A DNA stretch of 27,804 nucleotides from an uncultured archaeon (GTDB taxonomy: Archaea > Asgardarchaeota > Lokiarchaeia > Sigyniarchaeales > SOKP01): positions 1-27,804 of the forward strand of contig CAZGJX010000051.1 in the NCBI GenBank assembly GCA_964525635.1. The letters run 5' to 3'. Made by a program: the position numbers and the translations under genes. This document shows positions 19,378 through 27,804 of this stretch, one piece after another. The notes under the pieces are model-generated. The model did no database searches. It saw only the letters and a program-made list of their open reading frames with translations, and was not told the DNA's origin. How positions within the stretch are numbered: position 1 is the stretch's first letter; each line of letters begins with the position of its first letter.

Positions 19378-19410
19378 AGTGTCCAGATTTGTATAGAAAA
19401 ATGACAACTA
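19378..19410 (-). repeat. IS607 left end with two 10-bp-period subterminal repeats
   Basis: Minus strand TAGTTGTCATTTT-TCTATACAAA-TCTGGACACT aligns without gaps, in inverted orientation, to the right end. Confidence 0.75.
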
Positions 19411-19545
19411 TGAATTTACACTAAAAATCAAATTTTATAAAAAAAAGACAAGTTAATTGTTATTCTTTTTTCTGAATATAAAATAAAATATTCATTCATG
19501 GAAATTAACCATATTTTAATATTCATCAATGAATTAATATTTATC

Positions 19546-20070
19546 TTATTTTATATAATAAATCTCGGATAAATTCCTGTATTTCTCTTGATAATCTAAT
19601 CCATACCCGACAATAAATCTATTTGTAATCTCAAATCCAAGATAATCTATTTTTATTTCTTTTATACGTCTCGATTGTTTACTAGTCAATGAGCAAATCT
19701 TTATAGATGATGGATTTTCTTTTTTTAAAGATTTTATTAAATAATGAATAGTAATCCCTGTGTCAATAATATCTTCTATGATTATTATATCCTTATCTTT
19801 AATATTCAAACTTAACCATTTTAGAATTTTTATCTTTCCAGAACTTTTTGTAATGTTCCCATAACTTGAAAGTTCAATAAAATCAACTTCAATATCAATA
19901 GTTAGATGGTGAATTAAATTAGACATAAAGATGAAAGCCCCTTTTAAAACACAGATTAAAATTGGTATTTTTCCTTGATAGTCATAATTGATTTCATTTG
20001 CAATTAATTTGATTTTTTCTTCAATATCTTCTTTTTTTAGAAGAATTTTAAAATTTGGAGGTAAATTCAT
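19546..20070 (-). CDS. hpt: Hypoxanthine phosphoribosyltransferase
   Basis: CVLKGAFIF, LSSYG, PRPP-binding IIIIEDIIDTGIT and FIVGYGLDY..YRNL. Confidence 0.92.
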   Translation of the reverse strand: MNLPPNFKILLKKEDIEEKIKLIANEINYDYQGKIPILICVLKGAFIFMSNLIHHLTIDIEVDFIELSSYGNITKSSGKIKILKWLSLNIKDKDIIIIEDIIDTGITIHYLIKSLKKENPSSIKICSLTSKQSRRIKEIKIDYLGFEITNRFIVGYGLDYQEKYRNLSEIYYIK

Positions 20071-20216
20071 TATTTATTTTCTTTTTCCAAGAGAATGATT
20101 TTTAGATATGTATAAATTATAATAAACATATAAACTTAAATTTCAATTTAGAAATTAATTAATATTAAGAAATTTGAATTATAAATTGCATTAAAAACTT
20201 TTCTAAATGAAATTAA

Positions 20217-21050
20217 ATGAAATCAATTCAATTGAAGGAAGATGAGATTAAACTTCTAAAAAAAAAGATATTTGAAAGAGGATTTAATCAAATTCAACCT
20301 AAATCCAAATATGAATTACTGAGAATTGATGATAAAAGTATAAAGTTAATTCTTTATAATTCATTTAAACTAGTTTATAACGATTCAGAAGAGACTAACA
20401 CACTATTACAACAGATTCTTATTCAAAATGAAAATTTTGATTATTTAATTGGATCTGACGAAACGGGAAAAGGAGAATGGTATGGTCCACTCGTTATTGT
20501 AGCTGTTGCAATGAAATCAATTCAAGTGAATGATTTCAAATTGATTGGAGTACAAGATAGTAAAAATATGAAATTATCTACAATAAATATAGTTGCGGAG
20601 AAATTATTAGATAGAAATGATCTTATTTTTCATAAACTTATCCTAATGCCAGAAAAATATAATAAATTATATTCACAATTTAAAAATGAATATAAAAATT
20701 TAAATGACTTACTTGCTTGGGGGCATTCAGTAGTAATTAAAGATATTTTAAAAAAAATTGATAAGGACAATTCAACTGTCAAAATTATTATAGATAAATT
20801 TGATCAAAAAAAAACAAATTACCGTCTAAGAGATATTAAAAATTTTAACATTAAAATTATTCAAAAAACAAAGGGAGAATCAGAAATACCTGTTGCTACA
20901 GCAAGTATCCTTGCTAAATATTATTTTGAAAAAAAAATAGCTTATTTAAATAATACACTCAATTTAAATTTAAAGAAAGCAAATCCTAAAGAAATTCCTA
21001 AAGAAACATTAGCAAAAATAGCTAAACTACATTTTTCAAATATTTTATAA
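20217..21050 (+). CDS. rnhC: Ribonuclease HIII
   Basis: GSDETGKGEWYGP, GVQDSK, YN..Y..F..NLN.LLAWGH, IDKF, KGES..VA.ASILA and AKLHFSN are HIII-type signatures. It also has an N-terminal extension of TBP-like size. Confidence 0.85.
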   Translation: MKSIQLKEDEIKLLKKKIFERGFNQIQPKSKYELLRIDDKSIKLILYNSFKLVYNDSEETNTLLQQILIQNENFDYLIGSDETGKGEWYGPLVIVAVAMKSIQVNDFKLIGVQDSKNMKLSTINIVAEKLLDRNDLIFHKLILMPEKYNKLYSQFKNEYKNLNDLLAWGHSVVIKDILKKIDKDNSTVKIIIDKFDQKKTNYRLRDIKNFNIKIIQKTKGESEIPVATASILAKYYFEKKIAYLNNTLNLNLKKANPKEIPKETLAKIAKLHFSNIL

Positions 21051-21218
21051 TATATTAATAAACTTTTTATTTATATAATTTCAATAGTTTTAAATTTAAT
21101 TTTTTTTTAATAATTACATATCAGTTTATTTTAAAGATAAATTGGAAAATTAAGAAATTCTTTAATAGAAAGAAAGAAAAATATAAATTAAAAAAAAAAT
21201 TAATTCAGTGTATTAAAT

Positions 21219-21731
21219 ATGCAAGCTGGAAAATTTTTAGCAGTTATCGCAGCAATATTAACTATTCTTGGGATTTTTATATTTGCATTGGTAGATGTAT
21301 TACTCCCTGGTAGTACTCCTTCTTCTGGTCTTGGTTTTTTAATGAATGTTCCGGACCTTTTTGGAGATTTTGAAAATCTTGGTACTATTTTTGGGCTTGA
21401 AGACTGGTTTGCTATTGGATTATTTGTTGTTATGTTAATTTTTGTATTTTCATTTATACTAATTTTATTAGGATACAAAAGTAGAATAGCAGTCTTTTTT
21501 GGAGCTCTTTTTCCTCTAGCTATCGGTCTAGTGCTTTTAATTAATGGTTTATCCGGTAATTTTCCGGGTGCAGCAAGATTTATTGCAAATTCGAGTATGA
21601 ATGCTGATTTAGACTCATTTCCAATATTTATTGATTTAGGTGATGGTTCGGGTATTGGAATATATCTATTAATTGCTGGAGGAGCACTAGGTTTAATAAG
21701 TGCTGCATTGCCAAGGGAAAAATATTATTAA
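21219..21731 (+). CDS. Hypothetical membrane protein (~4 TM)
   Basis: 170-aa ORF with four Gly-rich hydrophobic segments. Confidence 0.75.
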   Translation: MQAGKFLAVIAAILTILGIFIFALVDVLLPGSTPSSGLGFLMNVPDLFGDFENLGTIFGLEDWFAIGLFVVMLIFVFSFILILLGYKSRIAVFFGALFPLAIGLVLLINGLSGNFPGAARFIANSSMNADLDSFPIFIDLGDGSGIGIYLLIAGGALGLISAALPREKYY

Positions 21732-21734
21732 AAT

Positions 21735-21751
21735 ATTTTCTTTTTTTTTTT
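21735..21751 (+). terminator. Oligo-T terminator candidate
   Basis: Long T-tract directly after the stop codon at 21731. Confidence 0.4.
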
Positions 21752-21841
21752 ATTAGTAGAAATCCGAATCCTATAATTTTATAACAGATTTCAATTCTTA
21801 TAAATATAAATTATAAAGTTTTTTATTTCAAAAAACTTATT

Positions 21842-24112
21842 TTATGATTTAATAAAAATATAAACCAATACATCATCATTTGAATATATTGATGAATAAT
21901 TGGATGAATTCATTATATTTTCTAATATGGTGTAATAGTTAATTTCACCAGTGAGTTGAAATAGTTCTGATCTATATTTATATGATACAGATAAATAAAT
22001 TAAATGAGTTTCATTAAATTGATGTAAATCATAATCACCTATTAAAATATAGTGGCTATTTGATTCATCCCAAATAACAAATTCCTCTTTTATTTGATTA
22101 TCTGATTTTAACTCATAATATCTAAGACAATTATAACAATATATTTGACATGGTGTCTTAGAATAAGCTAAAATATTATAACCGGGATAATTTTGATTAA
22201 TATATTGAGCAGCTTCCACTTCTCCTGGGTATATTATATTAAATTTTTCATTTCCAAATTTTGCCGGTAAAAATAAAACAGATAAGATTAAAAAACCCAA
22301 AAAATATAAGGCTAATTTATTTTTTTTTTTAATTATTTTCTTTCCTATATCAACAGAAATAATGATACAAAATATTGGTAAAATAAACAAATACATTCTT
22401 TGTAAAAATTCATCACTGTAAAATTGGATGAAAAAAATTGTAAAAAAGGAAATTGTAATTATAAAAAAAAAAGCTAACATAAACCATTTTGTATAAAATA
22501 AGTGTTTTAATTTTGATTTTTTAAGATTTTTAACGAAAAATATAAATAATGGTATTATTGCAAAGAATAATATTAGAGATGTGAGGATTAATCTGAAAGA
22601 GATTGTTATTAATCTCTCAGTAGTACCTCTTATAATACCTAATAACTCTATTAAGGAATTAAAATTCATGTTTGTTATCCTATCTATTATATTAGGGAAA
22701 TTTCTCTGGAACCATTTAGATTGTACAAATATATAAAATAAAATGGAAATAACGATAATTAATATAAAAAAATAAACAATTTTTCTATGATTTGAACTCT
22801 TTTGATTCTTATCAAAATTTTTTTTCTTTCTATAAATTAAGAATTGGTATATTATCCAGAGAAAAGAGATACAAACAGAAAATAAAAATGTTAATAGATG
22901 TATTTGGTATAAAATAATTAATAATATAATTAAAATTAAGAAATCTTTCTTATATTTTTTTTTTTCTATAAAATTGTATTTTAGTAATATTATTAAAATA
23001 ACTAAAAAAAATAAAAAACCAAAACTTTGAGGGGCATAATAATCTTGAGAGATAAAATCTGCAAAATTGAAAAATATTATAAAAAGAAATGTAATTTTGT
23101 ATTTTTTTTCTTTATTTATTTCATTATTTGGATAGAGATTTTCTAATATAACATGAGAAAGCTTAATTAGAATAATACTTAAAATAAATCGATAAATAAT
23201 AGGATAGAATATTAAAAAATTAAGTTTGAATATATTATCTATACTAAATAAAAAGAAGGAAAAAACCAAAAAAAAACCTGGCCAAGTATGATAAAAACAT
23301 ACATTTGAATTTAGTTCTTTGTTTTGAATAACATATTCAACAAATGAAAAGACTTTAGCACCTGACTGAATTCTTGGTTCCCCAATAATAATTGGAGATA
23401 ATATTTGTGTATATAAAATTAATAAAATAATTAGAAAATATTGTTGATACTTGTTTGATGGATATTTAAGTGATATTACAATAGATAAAATTAATAATAT
23501 TAATCCAATATAGTAATAAGGGGGGAGTATATCAAGGAATCCTAAATTACTAGGAGTGATTGGAGTATCATAAGTTATTACTAAAAACCATGAAAATAAA
23601 CTAAATGATGATAAAATCCATAATATAATCGGAGGTGGAATATATCTATATTTAATATAGTATTTTTGTGATTCTTCTTTTCCTTTTTTTAATAAATGTG
23701 AATTACTTTGAAAAATAATATTGGTTAAATCTTCTAAGTAAAAAATTTTAATTTTAATTATTATTATAAAATTTATTATTAAAGCTTCAATACCTATTAA
23801 AAGTTGAATAATTTGAAAATTTAGTTCTTTATAAAAAAAATCAACTATTAATCCAATAAAAATAATACTTCCTAAAGAGAGAAGCAAACTAACTAATAAA
23901 ATATATAATAAATCAGGTTTTAATAAAACGCTATACACCTTGAGAAATAATAAAATGCTAATATATAGAAAAAAGAAAATTATTATAGATATAATAGAAT
24001 TATAGAAAAATATAGATAGAATACTGAGTATTAGAATCGATATAATATGAATTGTATAAAGTATAAAAATTAAAAAATTAGATTTATATGTCTGATTATT
24101 ACCGTTTTTCAT
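21842..24112 (-). CDS. Polytopic membrane protein, possible GT-C-fold glycosyltransferase or polymerase
   Basis: More than 12 hydrophobic segments, loop motifs FYHTWPGFF and QDYYAPQ, a C-terminal soluble domain ending IYSNDDVLVY, and location in a glycan cluster. Confidence 0.6.
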   Translation of the reverse strand: MKNGNNQTYKSNFLIFILYTIHIISILILSILSIFFYNSIISIIIFFFLYISILLFLKVYSVLLKPDLLYILLVSLLLSLGSIIFIGLIVDFFYKELNFQIIQLLIGIEALIINFIIIIKIKIFYLEDLTNIIFQSNSHLLKKGKEESQKYYIKYRYIPPPIILWILSSFSLFSWFLVITYDTPITPSNLGFLDILPPYYYIGLILLILSIVISLKYPSNKYQQYFLIILLILYTQILSPIIIGEPRIQSGAKVFSFVEYVIQNKELNSNVCFYHTWPGFFLVFSFFLFSIDNIFKLNFLIFYPIIYRFILSIILIKLSHVILENLYPNNEINKEKKYKITFLFIIFFNFADFISQDYYAPQSFGFLFFLVILIILLKYNFIEKKKYKKDFLILIILLIILYQIHLLTFLFSVCISFLWIIYQFLIYRKKKNFDKNQKSSNHRKIVYFFILIIVISILFYIFVQSKWFQRNFPNIIDRITNMNFNSLIELLGIIRGTTERLITISFRLILTSLILFFAIIPLFIFFVKNLKKSKLKHLFYTKWFMLAFFFIITISFFTIFFIQFYSDEFLQRMYLFILPIFCIIISVDIGKKIIKKKNKLALYFLGFLILSVLFLPAKFGNEKFNIIYPGEVEAAQYINQNYPGYNILAYSKTPCQIYCYNCLRYYELKSDNQIKEEFVIWDESNSHYILIGDYDLHQFNETHLIYLSVSYKYRSELFQLTGEINYYTILENIMNSSNYSSIYSNDDVLVYIFIKS

Positions 24113-24176
24113 AATATATCTGAGAAAGCTTTAGGATTTTATTTATTATTAGTAAATCTTAGATAATTTAAAACTT

Positions 24177-25031
24177 TTAATATCCAAATTTTCTTAATAT
24201 CTCTGACTTTTTAAAATAATATTTTTTAAGTTGAATATTATTTTTATAGATAAATTTTCTTGATGGATTTATTATCTTAATGATTTGAATTATTTTATTT
24301 TGATCAACTTTTAGATTACAAAATTCAGCTAATTTTTTAATATATATTGATGGATTTTGTAAAAGATCTTCATATTTAATTTCAAGTGTGTTTTTTTTAT
24401 ATTTTTCTATCATCTCTTTAGCTTGATTGATATATTGAACCCATATTTTAAAAGCGTCATCTAAGTTCCGAGGGCGATAGCGTTTACTAAATTGAATAAG
24501 AACGCCTCTCAAGGAAAATAAAAATGGTTTTCTTATTATATTTAGTAGAGTATTATTTTTCCAATAATTAGATTTATTTAATAGACTATTTGCCACATCA
24601 ATTCCATTTCTATATATATGGATTATTTTTGCTTTTGGGAAAATTTCTAACCATATTGATATGGAGTAGGTATTTCTAGGATCCTTCCAACCCCATGGTA
24701 TTTCTAAATTAAAAATACTTTTATATTGATTAAATAAATCTTTACCAAGATAGATATATGATTTACTTGAGGATAACCTTTTTTTTACCATCTTTAAGGA
24801 AAGATTGAAATTATTTCTATCATCTAAATGAATTTTTAGATTATTAGGATTTTTAGATGTTGCCCCTGATTTATATAATAATTTATTATTCGTTTTTATA
24901 AAAAATTTTGATTCATGATTCTCTTCCAAATCATGCCCCATAAAAACATTCATTTTTTCTAGGATACGTGATAATAGACTTGTTCCTGAACGATGCATTC
25001 CTATTATAATAATTGGTTCTTTCATAATCAT
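24177..25031 (-). CDS. Sulfotransferase (PAPS-dependent)
   Basis: 5'-PSB loop IIIIGMHRSGTS, WGWKDPR, 3'-PB IHIYRNGIDVANS and IKYEDLLQNP. Confidence 0.9.
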   Translation of the reverse strand: MIMKEPIIIIGMHRSGTSLLSRILEKMNVFMGHDLEENHESKFFIKTNNKLLYKSGATSKNPNNLKIHLDDRNNFNLSLKMVKKRLSSSKSYIYLGKDLFNQYKSIFNLEIPWGWKDPRNTYSISIWLEIFPKAKIIHIYRNGIDVANSLLNKSNYWKNNTLLNIIRKPFLFSLRGVLIQFSKRYRPRNLDDAFKIWVQYINQAKEMIEKYKKNTLEIKYEDLLQNPSIYIKKLAEFCNLKVDQNKIIQIIKIINPSRKFIYKNNIQLKKYYFKKSEILRKFGY

Positions 25032-25139
25032 GAATTATTTTAAAATGAATATTTAAATTAATTATAAATAATGAAGCATTTAATATAGAATTTAAATAAA
25101 ACCAATTAATTATATTAATTTTCTTATATCTTGAAATTA

Positions 25140-26570
25140 TTATTTTTTGCTGAATTTATTTTTTAATCTTCGAATTTCTTTTTTCAGATAATTAAAATTA
25201 TATGCTGTAAAAAAAATGGAATAAATGAAAAATATTAAAAAAACGTCGGTTCCATAAAGACTTATAAAATTAAATCTAATAAATATAATAATTATGGATA
25301 TAATTAATGTTGGAAAAATCTTTTTGTATACATTCAGCATAAATCTATTTCTAATTAAGCATATTATACTTAAGATAATAATACTTATCAATAATGAAAA
25401 AATAAGAATTAATGCTATACCTTCTATTAGATCTATTGGATAATATATAAATAATAAGCTAAAAAAGAGAAATAGGGTAAAAAGATATATTAAAGTAGCA
25501 TAATAACTTTTATTAGATGTTATAATTAAAGTATTCAATAATTCTAAAATCATAAATAAACATCCAGATAAAATAAGTAATATAATTATCAGACTAGCTT
25601 TAAGATAATCCTCTGGAAATAATATTAATATAAATAAATCTGAAAAAATTACCCCAAATATGGCAATAAAGAATAAGAATTGAAATAATATTGAATAGAT
25701 ATTAATTATATTTATAGAATCACTTTTTTCTTTTAAATATTCTATTCTTGAAATTGGAATTAAATATTCATTCAATGATTTTAAGAAAAATCGTGGAAAA
25801 TTTCCTAAAAATATTCCCAAAGCATAAAAGCCAACAACAGTATTATCAATGTAAACAAATTTTACAGCATATATATATAAATTAGATAAAGAAAAAGAGA
25901 TAATTGCAGAGATTGAAATTGGTAAGCTTTTAAAATAATATTTAAATTCTATTATTAAAGGTGTCTTTTTGATTCTATATCTTAATTTATATATTATATA
26001 GAAAATACTTATTAAATGGAATAAAATAAAAGGTATTAGAAAATTGGAAATAGAAATTGAAATTGAAATAAAATAAAATATGAACACAATTTTAAATATA
26101 CCCGCTAAAATCCTTGATATTGCTAATATTTTAAAATTAAAAGATCCATTAGCAATTGCAGAAAACATTATATGAACAGAAATAATACAAATTACTAATA
26201 TAAATAAAAGAATTTCATAAATAGAACTTATTGTTCCTATATTAAAAAACATAAAATATATGATACTTATACAACTAGAAATAATAAGAGAAATAATAAA
26301 TAATAAAATAATTGGAGATAATGCTATTTTAACATCTTCATTATCAATTGATTCTTTAATTTTTTGTTTTTGTTGAGCAATTCTCATAGAAATGTTACAT
26401 GAATATCCATAAGCTAAAAATGTTGATAAAGCACTAAATCCTGTTGTTAATAAATTAAATATTCCATATAAAGCAACATCAATATAATTTGTAAGAAATA
26501 AATGGGTTAATAAACTCAAAATCGTAAAAATAACATCAGCAAATATTAATTGATATATTATTTTACTCAT
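25140..26570 (-). CDS. Oligosaccharide flippase (Wzx/RfbX, MOP/MATE superfamily)
   Basis: 476 aa with about 12-14 TM segments, YGIFNL and VGFYALG motifs, and glycan cluster context. Confidence 0.8.
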   Translation of the reverse strand: MSKIIYQLIFADVIFTILSLLTHLFLTNYIDVALYGIFNLLTTGFSALSTFLAYGYSCNISMRIAQQKQKIKESIDNEDVKIALSPIILLFIISLIISSCISIIYFMFFNIGTISSIYEILLFILVICIISVHIMFSAIANGSFNFKILAISRILAGIFKIVFIFYFISISISISNFLIPFILFHLISIFYIIYKLRYRIKKTPLIIEFKYYFKSLPISISAIISFSLSNLYIYAVKFVYIDNTVVGFYALGIFLGNFPRFFLKSLNEYLIPISRIEYLKEKSDSINIINIYSILFQFLFFIAIFGVIFSDLFILILFPEDYLKASLIIILLILSGCLFMILELLNTLIITSNKSYYATLIYLFTLFLFFSLLFIYYPIDLIEGIALILIFSLLISIIILSIICLIRNRFMLNVYKKIFPTLIISIIIIFIRFNFISLYGTDVFLIFFIYSIFFTAYNFNYLKKEIRRLKNKFSKK

Positions 26571-26623
26571 ATTAATTTCTCTTGAAAAATCAGATTTAAT
26601 TAAATAATTATAGGTATAAAGTG

Positions 26624-27655
26624 TTAATTTTTAATATTTGTAATTGTTTTAATGATAAATTCTGTTAAATCAATTTTTTCATTTAATATTCTATGTTTTC
26701 TAGCATTATAGATTTCTCTTCTATTAGGTATACTAAATATTTTTTTTACTTTTTCAAGTAAATTTTCAATATTAGTGGAAAAATATACCATTCTATATTT
26801 TTTATGTAATTCTATCAAATATGATGTTAATAATGTAGAAATATAAATAACAGGAGTTCCTAATAACACAGCTTCTTCAGCAGAGGTACCTCCCTCCCCA
26901 ATAAACAAATCTGCTATATTTAAAAAATGATGAAAATCACTGGAAGAAATATTAATTTTACCTTTACTTGTAATTAGACACGGCTTAAATCCTTCTCTGG
27001 AAAATAAGATATCCCCATATTTTCTCAATTGGTTAATAAAATCTTTTAAATCGTTGTTTCTCTGAAAAATACTTTTATGAAAAAAATCATGAGTAGCTGA
27101 CCATGAGATAAGACGAAGTATTATCAGATTATTCTTATCGTTTAGATTATATTTTTTTGTAATATTATTATTAATTTTAAAATATTTAGGATGTAAATAT
27201 GCTATTGGTTCATATGAATCATATCTATAATGTTTTCTTCCAAAATTATGAGAATATGTATGATTTGTAAATATTTTTGTTGCAAATGGAATCCTAAGAA
27301 TTAATTGATTCCATGGTTTTTCATTATCTTCAAATAAAATAAAAGGTTTTTTTAAAATTCTTGACACAAATGCAGAATATATTGAATTCCATCCTATAAA
27401 AATGTCTGGTTTAAATTTTAATGCTAATTTTAGAACTTTCTTAGTAGAATAAAATAAACTAAATAATTTTTCAATAGTTCTTTCTGTTTTATCCAAATAA
27501 AATATATTTTTGAAATGTGATTCAACTACTAGCTCTTTAATTATATCTTTATCTTTCACAATAACTAATACTTCATTTTCCTTTTTTAATTCTAAAATAG
27601 CGTTTTTAAAGAAATGAAAATGAGCAGGATGGCTTAATTCTATTAAAATTCGCAT
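26624..27655 (-). CDS. DUF354 family GT-B-like glycosyltransferase
   Basis: N-terminal HPAHFHFFK, FEDNE, AYLHP, LRLISWSATHD and DLFIGEGGTSAEEAVLLGTP. Confidence 0.85.
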   Translation of the reverse strand: MRILIELSHPAHFHFFKNAILELKKENEVLVIVKDKDIIKELVVESHFKNIFYLDKTERTIEKLFSLFYSTKKVLKLALKFKPDIFIGWNSIYSAFVSRILKKPFILFEDNEKPWNQLILRIPFATKIFTNHTYSHNFGRKHYRYDSYEPIAYLHPKYFKINNNITKKYNLNDKNNLIILRLISWSATHDFFHKSIFQRNNDLKDFINQLRKYGDILFSREGFKPCLITSKGKINISSSDFHHFLNIADLFIGEGGTSAEEAVLLGTPVIYISTLLTSYLIELHKKYRMVYFSTNIENLLEKVKKIFSIPNRREIYNARKHRILNEKIDLTEFIIKTITNIKN

Positions 27656-27804
27656 TTTTTACTATTTTTTTTTTAAAAACTAATTAATAAATATAAATAA
27701 AAATATGTAAAAAATTTTAATTATTAATATTATTTAAAAGAATTATTATTTAATTGAGGGTATTTTAGAATTTAGGTAGTGAATCTAAAATTAAAAATCA
27801 TTCA

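Larger units (their letters stand above)
16228..19408 (-). mobile_element. IS607-family insertion sequence (tnpA serine recombinase plus oversized tnpB), ~3.18 kb
   Basis: tnpA-tnpB gene pair, visibly higher GC than the flanks, matching subterminal repeat arrays at both ends, and a right end independently marked by the omegaRNA-like pseudoknot. Boundaries are +/-2 nt. Confidence 0.88.

Noticed and set aside
19313-19410. Group I intron (IStron) at the IS607 left end
   Set aside because: Only about 95 AT-rich nt separate the left end from tnpA, too short for a group I intron core.
16006-19545. CRISPR-Cas type V (Cas12) locus, suggested by the size of the RuvC protein
   Set aside because: No repeat-spacer array or cas1/2/4 is present. 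The gene lies inside IS607 ends next to tnpA, so it is called TnpB.
21200-21478. 92-aa minus-strand ORF
   Set aside because: It is the antisense shadow of the better-supported membrane protein gene 21219..21731.

Overview
A very AT-rich archaeal window. TFIIB, FwdA, a multi-PAS histidine kinase, GNAT-like proteins and a DUF354 protein suggest an Asgard/Lokiarchaeia-like genome (inference from gene content, not checked by search). Host genes: YyaL/SSP411-like thioredoxin-domain protein, a nitroreductase broken by one in-frame TAA, UDP-glucose dehydrogenase, a TFIIB homolog, small hypotheticals and a TPR protein, an intact GNAT-like gene converging on an uncalled four-lesion GNAT pseudogene, an orphan 1367-aa cytoplasmic PAS/GAF histidine kinase, a solitary fwdA, hpt, a bacterial-type RNase HIII, and part of a glycan cluster (DUF354 GT-B-like protein, flippase, sulfotransferase, GT-C-like membrane protein). 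The standout is an apparently complete ~3.18-kb IS607-family element (~16228-19408, minus strand). It pairs a serine-recombinase TnpA with a 798-aa TnpB, about twice the usual size, that keeps all three RuvC acidic residues. Its ends, a predicted omegaRNA pseudoknot, a candidate guide and TAM, and a palindromic insertion site can be read from the sequence. No CRISPR array, tRNA or rRNA was seen.
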